The notes: a model not told the origin generated them from the sequence alone. A stretch of 36,287 nucleotides of DNA from a virus (IMGVR_UViG_3300022697_000102:1-36287); one strand, 5' to 3'; positions 1-10,481 are shown, counted from the first letter of the stretch. Numbers and translations: made by a program.

Positions 1-97
1 GAAAAATAAAAAAGGTACTGTACCGGATCGGTATGCGCGGGTACACACTAGCGCAGAAAGTGGCTAGGGTCTGTGTTTAAGGGGGGTTACTTTATAA

Positions 98-292
98 ATG
101 ATTGATTTTAAAGGGTTAATTCACTTGGTAAAAATGGACAGAGAAGGTGAGTATAAAATTACGTTTACAATCCCTTCTTCTGAGCGAGAAAAAATGGTAT
201 TTCTTCAATCAGCCACAGAGGAAGTTCTTGATATCTCTATAGAAGTTGAAGGTGTGAATACGGAATTTGATTTAGGAGTTAGCGGCCAATGA
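98..292 (+). CDS. hypothetical phage protein (64 aa)
   Basis: ORF track; its stop overlaps the start of the next gene (ATGA). Confidence 0.55.
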   Translation: MIDFKGLIHLVKMDREGEYKITFTIPSSEREKMVFLQSATEEVLDISIEVEGVNTEFDLGVSGQ

Positions 293-891
293 AGGAGCAA
301 GTCGGCGGTCTGAAAGACGTTGCATTTTTATTGAACTTATCTGTTGAGAGGATTTATCAGCTTGCTAAGGCTGGAACGGTTATAAAGTTAAGTAATGACA
401 AGTACGACATGATAAAAAGCAATCATGGGTATATCCGATATCTCTCACAGTTGGCAGGGCAAGGTGGTGAGACGTTGACAGCCGCAAGGACTAGAGAGAC
501 CACGATAAAAGCAGATATTTTGCAGGCGCAACTAGAGAAAATACAAGGCTCTGTTGTGGATATTGGCATTGCCCTTGAAATATGGCAGGGTGTCCTTGGT
601 GCGTTTAAGTCTAAAATATTTAGTGCTAGTGTGCGGATGAGATCAATAATTGAAAATATAAAAACAAAAGAAGACAAGTCGGATGCGATTAAGTTTTTAA
701 AACAATTACACGATGAGGCGTTGAATGAACTCAGCGAAATTGAGGCGGCAGACTATAGGAGCGATGCAGAAAGCACTCCTGATAGTGAAGCCGCCCCCGA
801 ACATGACGACAAGCCAGTGGGCGGACGGAAGAAGGCAGTTAAGCCGAGGAAGCTCAAGCGAGTTCGGAAAGTGGCGGACAAGCAGGGCTGA
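289..891 (+). CDS. terminase small subunit, Nu1-like
   Basis: N-terminal HTH (LKDVAFLLNLSVERIYQLAKAG), coiled coil (AARTRETTIKADILQAQLEKIQGSVV), directly upstream of gpA-like gene. Confidence 0.85.
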   Translation: MKEQVGGLKDVAFLLNLSVERIYQLAKAGTVIKLSNDKYDMIKSNHGYIRYLSQLAGQGGETLTAARTRETTIKADILQAQLEKIQGSVVDIGIALEIWQGVLGAFKSKIFSASVRMRSIIENIKTKEDKSDAIKFLKQLHDEALNELSEIEAADYRSDAESTPDSEAAPEHDDKPVGGRKKAVKPRKLKRVRKVADKQG

Positions 892-2566
892 ATACCTTCG
901 CGGCATACAAGATGCTTTATCCGATGACAGTGTGAGTCAGGTCGTTTTCATGAAGCCCAGTCAAGCTGGCGGAACAGAAGTGATGAACAATGATATCGGC
1001 AGGTGTATAGATATTGATCCTTGCAGTATGCTTATGATGCGGGCAACCGTTGAGATGGGGGAAGAGTGGAGCAAGGATAGATTTATGCCTATGGTTGGTG
1101 ATACAAAAGTTCTTAGGGACAAAATAATCCCTTCAAGGAGCAGGGATTCAAACAACACGATCAATCATAAACGATTTCCAGGAGGGTCTTTGGCGATAAC
1201 TGGTGCGAACTCTCCGGCTTCTATCGCTTCCAGGCCTATTTGCAGGATGTATGCTGACGACGTTGACAGAATGGAACCCACAAAAGAAGGCGACCCTGTA
1301 GATTTGGCAATAGCTAGGACAGACACGTTTGCTAACAGGAAAATTTACCTTAATTCATCCCCCAGGAACCAAGGTACTTCAAGGATAGAGTCCGCTTATC
1401 AAGAATCAGATCAAAGAAAATATTATGTCCCTTGTCTGAAATGCGGTGTGTCAGATATTTTGGTTTGGGTACAAGTGAGGTGGGAAAAAGGACACCCGGA
1501 AGACGCTAGATATGTTTGTCTGCATTGCGGGGCTAAACATAATGATGCCGACATAGACAAGATGGTGCGTGAAGGAGAATGGATTGCTGAAAAACCGTTT
1601 AATGGTATTGCAGGGTTTTGGATAAATGCGATATATTCTCCATTCCCGCAAGTTACATTGAGTCAGCTTGCAAGTAAGTGGGAAAACATTAAGAACTTCC
1701 CGGATCGTCGGCGAGTGTTTATTAATACGGTTCTAGCAGAGACGTGGCGGCTTATCGGGGGGGAAGAACTTGATTATGAAAAAATATACAATACACGGCG
1801 AGAGGAGTACAAGGCTGATATCCCTGTCGGCGGTGTGTTGCTGGTAGCTGGCGTTGATTTTCAGAAAGATTGGTGCAGGATAGTTGTGCTTTCTGTAGGT
1901 ATGAATGATGAGCAATGGGTTGTAGACTCAGTAAGGTTCGATGGTTCGTTTGAAAGACAGGAGATATGGGATGATATTACGGATTACTTGGAAAGATCAT
2001 ATATACATGAAAATGGTATAAAGTTAAAAATATCTGCGGCTTCTTTTGACACCGGGCATAACGCAAAAAAAGTTTATAGGTATCTCAAAAAGATGCAACA
2101 GAATGGGAAGAGATATTACGCAACAAAAGGTGCCAGCACATACGGGAAGCCATTTTTCTCTAAACCGACAACTAACAATGAAGCTAAAATAAAGCTATAC
2201 ACCGTAGGTACCGACTCTGGGAAGGAATCTTTGTACGCACGTCTTGCTATTACTGAACATGGGCCAAGCTATATACATTTCCCGATGAAACTTGACCTTG
2301 CGTATTTTAAGGAATTGACTGCTGAGACACTAGACACGAATAGGATAAAACCGCTCTGGGTCGTATTGCCAGGGCGGAAAAGGAACGAAGCACTTGACTG
2401 TCATATCCTTGCGGAAGTCGCGTATGCCATAATGAACCCAAACCTTGAAGCGTTTGAGAAGGACTTAAAATATCAGGCAGATGTTATTGAGTCCGGTGGT
2501 CAAGAAAGGAAGAAAGTCGAGACACCTACTTTCAGAAGGCGGATGATATCAGGGGGTATTTCGTGA
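725..2566 (+). CDS. terminase large subunit, lambda gpA family (true start may be slightly downstream)
   Basis: PPPNMTTSQWAD, MKPSQAGGTE Walker A-like, YADDVDR Walker B, EGDPVDLA, SDQRKYYVPCLKC, AGVDFQ, RNEALDC. Confidence 0.95.
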   Translation: MNSAKLRRQTIGAMQKALLIVKPPPNMTTSQWADGRRQLSRGSSSEFGKWRTSRAEYLRGIQDALSDDSVSQVVFMKPSQAGGTEVMNNDIGRCIDIDPCSMLMMRATVEMGEEWSKDRFMPMVGDTKVLRDKIIPSRSRDSNNTINHKRFPGGSLAITGANSPASIASRPICRMYADDVDRMEPTKEGDPVDLAIARTDTFANRKIYLNSSPRNQGTSRIESAYQESDQRKYYVPCLKCGVSDILVWVQVRWEKGHPEDARYVCLHCGAKHNDADIDKMVREGEWIAEKPFNGIAGFWINAIYSPFPQVTLSQLASKWENIKNFPDRRRVFINTVLAETWRLIGGEELDYEKIYNTRREEYKADIPVGGVLLVAGVDFQKDWCRIVVLSVGMNDEQWVVDSVRFDGSFERQEIWDDITDYLERSYIHENGIKLKISAASFDTGHNAKKVYRYLKKMQQNGKRYYATKGASTYGKPFFSKPTTNNEAKIKLYTVGTDSGKESLYARLAITEHGPSYIHFPMKLDLAYFKELTAETLDTNRIKPLWVVLPGRKRNEALDCHILAEVAYAIMNPNLEAFEKDLKYQADVIESGGQERKKVETPTFRRRMISGGIS

Positions 2567-2748
2567 CGATAGACATCCCTTCAAAGGTCTTATGGAAGGT
2601 CAGCGCAGTCGCTGAATTTTTCGATGTCACCGTCAGAACTGTACGAAACTGGATAGCTGAGGGGGAGGTTCAGACAGTCCGTATACCTGGAGGCGGTGTT
2701 CGGGTTTTAAGAACATCTATTGAAAAAATATTGTCATTATCAAAATAA
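2563..2748 (+). CDS. small helix-turn-helix DNA-binding protein (excisionase/MerR-like HTH)
   Basis: VSAVAEFFDVTVRTVRNWIAEGEV...GGVRV pattern. Confidence 0.8.
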   Translation: MTIDIPSKVLWKVSAVAEFFDVTVRTVRNWIAEGEVQTVRIPGGGVRVLRTSIEKILSLSK

Positions 2749-2814
2749 GCCTTGAAAAACAGGGAATAATGATGAAATAAGGGTATGTACACATAGTATA
2801 TTTTAAATTAAGAT

Positions 2815-2847
2815 GGATGTAATCATTTATGGGTTACATCCTTTTTT
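2815..2847 (+). terminator. intrinsic terminator-like hairpin before the head genes
   Basis: GGATGTAATC / GGTTACATCC stem followed by TTTTTT. Confidence 0.55.
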
Positions 2848-2862
2848 ATTATGTGAGGTCTT

Positions 2863-3081
2863 ATGGCCGGGATAACTAAGACGCAAGCGGAAACTCAGTT
2901 AGCCTCATGGCTTGCAGCAGACGCGGCAGTATCAACGGGCCAAGAGTGGACTCAAGGCGGTGTTAGTTTTACTCGTGCCGATGCAGCTCAGATCAGGATT
3001 AATATTAAATACTGGAACTCAGAAGTCAAGCGGCTTACTAGGGGTGGCATCAGTATTATGGGAGCGACGTTTTCAGATTGA
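2863..3081 (+). CDS. gpW-like head completion protein
   Basis: MAGIT...WLAA...GQEW...TRAD...I..W pattern, located between terminase and portal. Confidence 0.75.
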   Translation: MAGITKTQAETQLASWLAADAAVSTGQEWTQGGVSFTRADAAQIRINIKYWNSEVKRLTRGGISIMGATFSD

Positions 3082-4667
3082 AATTCAAGGTTAACATAGC
3101 AGGGGAAGAGAAAGAATTTACTGAAACTCTCCTCGATAGATCAATCAGGTACGCAAGTCCTAAATGGGCTAATAAGAGGCTTGAGTCTAATATTAAGGCT
3201 TCTGTGATGTCTGCTTCATCTGGTGGGTATTTCAGCGGGTCAGGCAGGTGGAAGTCTAATTGGCACCCTGGTTCTAGCGATTCAGACGGCGATGTTCTTG
3301 TTGACTTAGAGGAAATGCGTAGCTTATCCAGGGCTTCTATCAGAACAAACATGATTGCCAGTTCTGCGGTTAATACTTTGGTTACAGGTACGGTAGGTAA
3401 AGGGTCAAGGCTTAAATCACAGATAGACAGAGAAGTTTTAGCAATGGGGAATGACGAGGCCGATGCGTGGGAGAATAACACCCAGAGAGAGTGGCGGCTG
3501 TTTTGGGATACATATGAAGTTGATGCGGCTCGTCGATTATCAGGGGCAGAGCTAGAGGGTCTTTATTTCCGATCAGTGCTTGAAAACGGCGATACTTTCT
3601 CTTTAATGCCTTCTATCCCTAGAAAAGGAGTTCCGTATTCCATGAAGGTTCAGCTAATAGAGGCTGATCGAGTAACAAATATTGATAATAAACAGGATAC
3701 GGCTGTTCTTTCTGGTGGGATTAAGCGGAGCAAGGTTGGCGCACCAATAGAATACTATTTCTTAAAAACACACCCTGGTAATTCAACGGCAGGATCAAAT
3801 GAAGACTGGGATACGATCCGTGCTTATGGGGCTAATACTGGCAGGAAAAACGTCATTCACGGCTATCAAAGCCTTAGAATAGGCCAAAACAGAGGCGTTC
3901 CGCTTCTAGCAACCGTGATAGAGCCGTTAAAACAATTAGATAGATATACCGATGCAGAGATAATGAGTGCCGTTGTCGCCTCAATGTTTACCGTGTTTAT
4001 CACCACAGAGGGAGACCAGACTTTCCCCGGAAGTGAATCAGGGTCAGACTTTGGACAAAACGCTGCGAATACAGAGATGAAACTTGGAGCGGGTGCTATC
4101 GTCGGGTTAAACAAGAATGAATCTGTCTCAACGGCAACCCCTGGACGGCCTAACTCAGAATATGCGCCGTTTATCACAGCCATCATCCAGCAGATAGGCG
4201 CACAACTTGAGATACCCTATGAAGTATTGATTAAGAAGTTTGATAAATCTTTTTCAGCAGCGAAAGCAGCACTCTTACAGGCATCAAAGCTGTTTATGTG
4301 CAGACAAGAATGGATGGCGCGGACATTTCTTAATGTTATTTATGAAAATTGGATGATGGAAGCCGTATCTATTGGAAGAATAACGGCCCCAGGATTCCTT
4401 TCTGATCCTCTTATGAGACAAGCATACCTCGGAAAAGAATGGGTATGGATGCCGGTTGGATCTATCGAAGAGAATAAGCAGGTTCAGGCGGCAGTTGAGA
4501 GAGTGAACGCAGGATTTTCAACTATTGAGCGGGAAACGATCATGATTAATGGTGGCGACTGGGAGAAAAATCACATTCAAAGCGCAAAGGAAGTCAAAAT
4601 GCGGAAAGAAGACGACTTAATCGTTGACCCTAAAAAAGCCCTTGAGCCTGTATCAGTAGGAGAATAA
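3078..4667 (+). CDS. portal protein, lambda family
   Basis: QLIEADRV, GGI..GAPIEYY, RIGQNRGVPLLA, PGRPN, FSAAKAAL motifs; 529 aa; synteny. Confidence 0.95.
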   Translation: MKFKVNIAGEEKEFTETLLDRSIRYASPKWANKRLESNIKASVMSASSGGYFSGSGRWKSNWHPGSSDSDGDVLVDLEEMRSLSRASIRTNMIASSAVNTLVTGTVGKGSRLKSQIDREVLAMGNDEADAWENNTQREWRLFWDTYEVDAARRLSGAELEGLYFRSVLENGDTFSLMPSIPRKGVPYSMKVQLIEADRVTNIDNKQDTAVLSGGIKRSKVGAPIEYYFLKTHPGNSTAGSNEDWDTIRAYGANTGRKNVIHGYQSLRIGQNRGVPLLATVIEPLKQLDRYTDAEIMSAVVASMFTVFITTEGDQTFPGSESGSDFGQNAANTEMKLGAGAIVGLNKNESVSTATPGRPNSEYAPFITAIIQQIGAQLEIPYEVLIKKFDKSFSAAKAALLQASKLFMCRQEWMARTFLNVIYENWMMEAVSIGRITAPGFLSDPLMRQAYLGKEWVWMPVGSIEENKQVQAAVERVNAGFSTIERETIMINGGDWEKNHIQSAKEVKMRKEDDLIVDPKKALEPVSVGE

Positions 4668-4668
4668 A

Positions 4669-6081
4669 ATGTTGATTGATGTTATGTCAAGCCCTTGGGC
4701 GATAACTAGCGGAAAGTTTGCAGAAATACAAGAGGTCTACAGGCGGCACATTTATGGAGAAAAGCTAGACATTGAAGGGATCACTTCTGCAATAGGGAAT
4801 AAAAAAGAAGATATTGGTCTTGAGGTGGTTGGGAATGTTGCAATAATACCGATACAGGGGGTCATTGGCAAGAAAATGAACCTCTTGAGCGAAATAAGCG
4901 GTGGGGTCTCAACACAAATGGTTGAGCGAGACTTTAACGCGGCATTGAACCACCCAGAGGTTGAGGTAATTGTTCTTGATATTGACTCTCCAGGGGGCGC
5001 TGTGGACGGAACACCTGAACTTGCCAATGCAATCTTTGAAGCAAGAGGAAATAAGCCCATTGTCGCCTTTTCTGATGGAATCATGGCATCTGCGGCATTT
5101 TGGATAGGCGCGGCGGCGGATAAGGTTTTCATCTCAGGTAGAACCGTTGAGGTGGGATCAATCGGAGTTGTTGCAACCCATACGGATATTTCTAAAGCAG
5201 AAGAAAAGGATGGTATTAAAACGACGGAGATTGTTGCGGGAAAGTTCAAAAGGATTGCTTCACAACACGGTCCTTTGACTAAAGATGGGCGGGACTCTAT
5301 TCAGGAATCAGTAGATGAGGTTTTCTCTGTCTTTGTGTCCGATGTTTCTAAGTTTAGAGGTGTTTCAGAAGAAAAAGTATTATCTAGTATGGCAGATGGC
5401 AGGATATTTATCGGGAATAAGGCTGTAGAGGCCGGTCTTGTCGATGGGATTATGACCCGTGAATCTGTGCTGAAAAACCAATCTTCTAACGACAACAATG
5501 TAATCAATGTGTCAATAAGCGCAGTAGATGCCAGCAATTTTGATATAGATAAAATCACAGAGGATATTGGAGATAAATTAAGAATCCATGCCAATACAGG
5601 ACAATTTAATTTTAAAACGGAGGAAGAAATGGATATCACTAAAGAAATGATTTCAGAAAAACACCCGCAGATTGCAGACGCTTTCCGAGACGAAGGTTTT
5701 AAGATTGCAGAAGAGGCCGGGTCTGAGGCGAACAAGAAAGTCGGTGCTGAAGCTGAACGCAAGCGGATCAAGGACGTTGAGGCGCAGTGCCTTGTAGGGC
5801 ATGAAGCCCTCATTGAGACATTGAAATTCGATGGCGTTACGACCGGGCCGGAAGCTGCTGTAAAGGTGTTGATTGCTGAAAAGAGTTTGCAGTCTAAAAC
5901 GGCAGAAGGCATCTCTAAGGATGCAGGTGGAGCCGTTGATTTCGCAGAACCAGGCGATAAAGAGACAGGAGAGACCACGGAAGCCAAAGGGGATCGTCTT
6001 GTCCAGGAATACATGACTTTGCACAAGTGTGATTACAGGGAAGCGTTGCTTGCTGTCTCTGCAAAACACAAGCTCGTTTAA
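4669..6081 (+). CDS. S49 (SppA-like) head maturation protease with C-terminal scaffold region
   Basis: LDIDSPGG, MASAAFWIG, VGSIGV, AGKFK, GLVDGI; C-terminal AERKRIKDVE helical region. Confidence 0.92.
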   Translation: MLIDVMSSPWAITSGKFAEIQEVYRRHIYGEKLDIEGITSAIGNKKEDIGLEVVGNVAIIPIQGVIGKKMNLLSEISGGVSTQMVERDFNAALNHPEVEVIVLDIDSPGGAVDGTPELANAIFEARGNKPIVAFSDGIMASAAFWIGAAADKVFISGRTVEVGSIGVVATHTDISKAEEKDGIKTTEIVAGKFKRIASQHGPLTKDGRDSIQESVDEVFSVFVSDVSKFRGVSEEKVLSSMADGRIFIGNKAVEAGLVDGIMTRESVLKNQSSNDNNVINVSISAVDASNFDIDKITEDIGDKLRIHANTGQFNFKTEEEMDITKEMISEKHPQIADAFRDEGFKIAEEAGSEANKKVGAEAERKRIKDVEAQCLVGHEALIETLKFDGVTTGPEAAVKVLIAEKSLQSKTAEGISKDAGGAVDFAEPGDKETGETTEAKGDRLVQEYMTLHKCDYREALLAVSAKHKLV

Positions 6082-6100
6082 TTAAAGGAGGAATAATATT

Positions 6101-6487
6101 ATGGCTATTGGAAAGACAGCAGGTGTCTCAAAATCCGTGAAATCCACGGCGGGGATTGCAGTTGCAAACACCATCGCAAAATTTGGCGCAGACGATGACA
6201 CAATGAGTCTTGCAACGGCGGTTGGTGACAGTTTGATGGGTATTTTCCAGCATACTACGGCGGCTGCGAATGAACAGGTCGAGGTCATGTTTACAGGCAT
6301 CTCAGACTTGAAGCTGGGCGGAACGGTTATTAGAGGCGACAAAGTCACAACTAATGCTAGTGGTCAGGGTGTCGTAGCATCTCCGGCGGCTGGAGTAAAT
6401 AATAGCACTATCGGGGAAGCCCTTATGTCAGGCGTTACGGGGGATATTATCTCTGTCTTGCTTGGACCTGGAAAAGTGCAAGGATAA
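6101..6487 (+). CDS. capsid decoration/cement protein (DUF2190-like)
   Basis: Gly/Ala-rich 128 aa with GGTVIRGDKVTTNASGQGV and IGEALMSG..GDII, between protease and capsid. Confidence 0.75.
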   Translation: MAIGKTAGVSKSVKSTAGIAVANTIAKFGADDDTMSLATAVGDSLMGIFQHTTAAANEQVEVMFTGISDLKLGGTVIRGDKVTTNASGQGVVASPAAGVNNSTIGEALMSGVTGDIISVLLGPGKVQG

Positions 6488-6519
6488 AAGAAAACGCATT
6501 ATTAATTTAGGAGGTTATT

Positions 6520-7458
6520 ATGCCTACACCATCAAGTTTACATACTGATTCTAGACTGTCTAATTTGTCGGTTCAGTACAAGAATGAAGATATGATTTGG
6601 CGCAACATCTTACCTGTTATTAGGGTTGGAAAGCGTTCAGATATTTTTACGGTATATGACAAGGCAGATAGTTATCGTAAGACAAACGATGACTTGGGGC
6701 CTAAATCAAACGCAAACGAAGCAGATTGGGGAACCTCGACAGATAATTATTCTGTCAAGGATCATGGCCTTGCTGATTGGGTCGCTCAGGAAACCATCGA
6801 TAATGCTGATCGGCCTATCGGTCCCTTGGTTGATACCAATGATTTCTTGAATAACAACCTGGATATCAATCAAGAGAAGCGTGTTTCTGATCTTGTGTTT
6901 AATACCGCTACTTATCCGGCTGGGAATAAAGTCACTCTTTCTGGTACTGGGCAGTGGGGTGGAACGGCAGATGACCCTATCGGAGATATTCAGACGGCGA
7001 TTGAGACCTGCTTTATGAGAGCTAATACGCTTATTTTGGGTGTTGAGACATGGTTGGTACTTCGTAAACTTCCTGAAATCCTTGATGCCGTAAAGTCTTC
7101 GACACGGTTTCAGGGTAGTCCGGGAGGTCTTGCTACTCCGGCAGAAGTCAGTGGGCTTTTCGAGGTGCCAAATATCTTGATCGGAAGAGGGCGGTATATT
7201 ACCTCTAAAATCGGACAAAGTGATGTGTTTTCAAGGCTTTGGGGCAAACATATGTCTGCATTACATGTGAAATCACTCCCTGGAATCAAGACAATCACAT
7301 TCGGCGGAACTTTTGTTGAGTCTGAGCGTCAAACCCTTCGTGACTTCGACGTGAAAAAGGGCGTTAAAGGCGCACATTATGTCAAGGTTGCATGGAACAG
7401 TGATGAAAAAATCATTGCATCTGATCTTGGATACATGATTGAAAACGCTGTAGCGTAG
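6520..7458 (+). CDS. major capsid protein
   Basis: 312 aa, strong RBS (AGGAGG), D..LSNLSV.YKN start and LGYMIENAV end typical of HK97-fold capsids; synteny. Confidence 0.88.
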   Translation: MPTPSSLHTDSRLSNLSVQYKNEDMIWRNILPVIRVGKRSDIFTVYDKADSYRKTNDDLGPKSNANEADWGTSTDNYSVKDHGLADWVAQETIDNADRPIGPLVDTNDFLNNNLDINQEKRVSDLVFNTATYPAGNKVTLSGTGQWGGTADDPIGDIQTAIETCFMRANTLILGVETWLVLRKLPEILDAVKSSTRFQGSPGGLATPAEVSGLFEVPNILIGRGRYITSKIGQSDVFSRLWGKHMSALHVKSLPGIKTITFGGTFVESERQTLRDFDVKKGVKGAHYVKVAWNSDEKIIASDLGYMIENAVA

Positions 7459-7469
7459 TTCTAAACGAA

Positions 7470-7495
7470 GAGGGGGTGGGGCAACTCACCCTCTC
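7470..7495 (+). terminator. GC-rich hairpin with GCAA tetraloop after capsid gene (mRNA stabiliser or weak terminator)
   Basis: GAGGGGGTGGG-GCAA-CTCACCCTCTC; no U tract. Confidence 0.5.
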
Positions 7496-7511
7496 CCGAC
7501 TAGGGGGTTAT

Positions 7512-7706
7512 ATGAAGTGTGTCGTTACAAGCGGAACATTGAAGCATGGCGTTGAAAAAGAATCACGCCTTTATGAAATAGGCGATGATGTTGATGTTAC
7601 ATACGAAGAGTATGCGACTTTACAGCACATGCTCAAACCTATCGAGGCTGTTATGGCTGAGAAACAGGCAAAGAAAATTCTGGATAAATCGATAAGGAAG
7701 AAATGA
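7512..7706 (+). CDS. small hypothetical head-associated protein
   Basis: ATG at 7512 after AGGGGG RBS; the track start at 7476 lies inside the hairpin. Confidence 0.6.
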   Translation: MKCVVTSGTLKHGVEKESRLYEIGDDVDVTYEEYATLQHMLKPIEAVMAEKQAKKILDKSIRKK

Positions 7707-8122
7707 CGTTTCTTTCGGAAGTTGCAAAAGAGGTTGAACAGTTAGTAGATCCCCTAATTTTCGGGGAGTCGATTATCTATATCGTGAAGCAACCTGACTA
7801 TATCGAGCAAGGTTTGTTCCCTGGAGATGGGGAAAAAACGATTAGTGCGAGGGTTGTAAGAGATCGACCAAACCCTACCATGACAGAAGGTGGGGACATC
7901 TCCCAGCCCGTAGGTGGCGCAAGTGATATTAGGCAGACATTGATAGGCGATGCCCTTGAGTTTTACGTCTTGAAGGATGCAACGAAAGGCATCGCAGACC
8001 CGCAAATAGGCACTGACAAAGTTAAAATACCTTTAGATATCGGTGGCACACCTGTTTTGATGAGAGTCACTAAGAAAGAGAGTCAGGGCGTGGGCTTGTG
8101 GCATTTAGAGGCTGAAGCATAA
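7703..8122 (+). CDS. putative head-tail joining protein
   Basis: Synteny, size, coupled start/stop. Confidence 0.6.
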   Translation: MTFLSEVAKEVEQLVDPLIFGESIIYIVKQPDYIEQGLFPGDGEKTISARVVRDRPNPTMTEGGDISQPVGGASDIRQTLIGDALEFYVLKDATKGIADPQIGTDKVKIPLDIGGTPVLMRVTKKESQGVGLWHLEAEA

Positions 8123-8697
8123 TGCCAATACAGTTGACAATAGAGGATCAACTTTTAGACGAAGTTGAAATTATGCGGATGCCCACTAGGATTGAGCGGT
8201 TTGTCAGACCGGAGATGCAACGCCATGCGAAACGATTCAGAAAATCTTTTGTTAAACAACTAAAAACATTAAAGTTTGAGTCTAAAGATGGAATAAATAA
8301 GATGATCCGGTCTCCCATTATCGGAAAGGCGATGCACTCTTATTTTAGTGGTCGAACGCTAGATACTTTCCAGATACTTTCCAGGGCAAACTCTTTTATC
8401 GTGCCTTACATTCTTGGTGGAAAAGTCAATAAAGTCCCTGTTGCTTTTCGGTCCATTGACAAATTGTATCTTAGAAAGCCCAATGAAATTGTTGATATTC
8501 CATGGGATAGATCATTTAAGCGTAATAAACCCAGCGCGGCTAGAAGAAAAAGAACAATCACGATCAATCCAAAGATTAAGTTTGACGGAATGTGGGATAC
8601 GATGCAGGTTGAACTTGTCCAAAGAATAGAAAACGCTGTGCAACGTGCCATGAAGACATCCTTTAAATTACATGAGTTTAAGAAGAGAAGTGGCTGA
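8122..8697 (+). CDS. putative neck / minor tail protein
   Basis: Basic 191 aa protein in neck position. Confidence 0.5.
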   Translation: MPIQLTIEDQLLDEVEIMRMPTRIERFVRPEMQRHAKRFRKSFVKQLKTLKFESKDGINKMIRSPIIGKAMHSYFSGRTLDTFQILSRANSFIVPYILGGKVNKVPVAFRSIDKLYLRKPNEIVDIPWDRSFKRNKPSAARRKRTITINPKIKFDGMWDTMQVELVQRIENAVQRAMKTSFKLHEFKKRSG

Positions 8698-9160
8698 CTC
8701 AATAAGAGAAAAAATAATCAAAGACGTTGTTTCTACCTTGGAGAAAACGACAAGGGACAACGGCTTTCATTCGGATATCCAATCAGTGCAAAGACTCTCT
8801 CTAGGTGGGTTCCTGAAGGTGGATAGCCCGTCTGTATGGGTGGATGAAGGCAGAGAAGACAAGGAAGACATTGCAGGCGCAGTAAGATGTTCCTTGCAAA
8901 TAGCCTTGGCAGTGTTTGTTATACAGGACTCAAAGGAGTCTTTCATTACTTTGGGTTCATTCCTTGACCCTATAAGAAACGATATTAGTAGGTCTTTAAT
9001 GGTTGATAGAAATAGGAGCAATAATGCAGCCAATACAACCTCTATTTCCTGGGACCCTGTTGACATGCAAGTAGGCAAAACTGGAATAATTATGGTCGGG
9101 ATATTCGAGGTAATCTATTTTCATTCCCTTGGTGACTCGACAATCGCTTGGAATGGATAG
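8672..9160 (+). CDS. putative tail terminator (start may be the GTG of VADSIRE)
   Basis: SIREKII..V...L start and acidic beta-rich body typical of tail terminators; synteny. Confidence 0.6.
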   Translation: MSLRREVADSIREKIIKDVVSTLEKTTRDNGFHSDIQSVQRLSLGGFLKVDSPSVWVDEGREDKEDIAGAVRCSLQIALAVFVIQDSKESFITLGSFLDPIRNDISRSLMVDRNRSNNAANTTSISWDPVDMQVGKTGIIMVGIFEVIYFHSLGDSTIAWNG

Positions 9161-9169
9161 GAGGTTTAA

Positions 9170-9352
9170 ATGTACAAAATTGAATATTTAGGAAAAGGCT
9201 TTATTGAGTTAGGGGGACTTGGAGACCTTGAAAAAGGAAAGCCTATTGAATGCTTAAAAGCTATTGCAGAAGAGTTTTCAAAAGACAAGCGATTCAAGGT
9301 TTTTGGTTTAAGCGAAGCACCCACAAAGAAGGGGGTCAAAGATGGCAAGTAA
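9170..9352 (+). CDS. small hypothetical protein
   Basis: AGGAGG RBS; fills gap before tail tube gene. Confidence 0.6.
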   Translation: MYKIEYLGKGFIELGGLGDLEKGKPIECLKAIAEEFSKDKRFKVFGLSEAPTKKGVKDGK

Positions 9353-10481
9353 TTTCACATTAAAAAGAGATGAGAGGGTTTTTGTGAAGGAACAAACCGC
9401 ATGGGGAACGATTGCATGGGCCGATACAGGTTCCGCTGTTAAAGTATTGACAGCCAGCATACAGGGGGCAGAAGAGCGTGTATCCAGGGAAGACCTTAGA
9501 AGTACCAGGTCAGTAGGTAAAACAACAAGGGGCAAACGGTCTTGTACTTGGTCTTTAACGGGATACATTCTCCCATCAGGCGCACTCGGTTTTCCGTTCA
9601 ACGCTGGCGTTATTTTCAAACATGCCTTTGGTAAAGAAGTAATAACAGGAGGAACCGATATCATTTATACTTTACTCAAAGATATTGAAACCGCCTTTAA
9701 TGGTTTGTCGATAACGAGGTTTGGAAACCATTTCGTTCAGACGGCTGTGGACGCAGTAGTTCAGGAGCTAACAATTAAAGGTGTGAGTGGCGAATTAGCC
9801 ACATTTGAGGCATCAGGAGACGCAAGCGATGAGGTTTACGGTGGTACGTCTACGGTAGGCCTAGCGGCATCGGCTGGAAGTGGCACAGTCCAAGTTGCCA
9901 TCAACGACGGAGTAAAATATTCCATCGGCACTTCTATAGAGGTCAATGGGATTGGCATCCACAAAGTTACAGCGGTTGCTGGGGACATTTTGAGCGTAAC
10001 TCCGTCAGTTACAGCAGCGCAGGTAGTGGCGCAAACAGTCGCACCAAGCGAGCCTACTCAATCTACGTTTGGGGACCCTCTACATGGCATTTCAGGATCT
10101 TTCTTAGTGGATGGTGTCGCAATCCCTGTTATTTCTAGCTCTGTCAAAATATCTAATAATTTCGAGATGAGGAATAATGAGTATGGTACAACAGTCGCGT
10201 CAGGGTTTTCAGGAGGCACCAGAGAGGTTACTTTCGAGACAGAACTGCATCTAACGCCTTCAAGTTTTAGGAGTTTTGGTCGATCACAGACTTTGGTACA
10301 AAGTTTATTAAATTTAAACATAGGCGCTGTGGCTGGTAGCAGACTTTCAGTAAGCATGGCGAAGACAGAAGCCGACATTCCTGCTATAGAAATACCGGAC
10401 ACAGGAGAAACCTCTATTACTTTGTCAGGCAGGGCGTTGCCGAATGGTTTAGACGATGAAGTTGTAGCGACATTTAATTAG
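9342..10481 (+). CDS. major tail tube protein with an inserted domain
   Basis: VKEQTAWGT start, ISNNFE and GTREVTFE motifs; precedes chaperone and tape measure genes. Confidence 0.8.
   Translation: MASNFTLKRDERVFVKEQTAWGTIAWADTGSAVKVLTASIQGAEERVSREDLRSTRSVGKTTRGKRSCTWSLTGYILPSGALGFPFNAGVIFKHAFGKEVITGGTDIIYTLLKDIETAFNGLSITRFGNHFVQTAVDAVVQELTIKGVSGELATFEASGDASDEVYGGTSTVGLAASAGSGTVQVAINDGVKYSIGTSIEVNGIGIHKVTAVAGDILSVTPSVTAAQVVAQTVAPSEPTQSTFGDPLHGISGSFLVDGVAIPVISSSVKISNNFEMRNNEYGTTVASGFSGGTREVTFETELHLTPSSFRSFGRSQTLVQSLLNLNIGAVAGSRLSVSMAKTEADIPAIEIPDTGETSITLSGRALPNGLDDEVVATFN

Noticed and set aside
1-97. cos packaging site
   Set aside because: Position upstream of the small terminase is suggestive, but no specific cos sequence can be supported without read-end data
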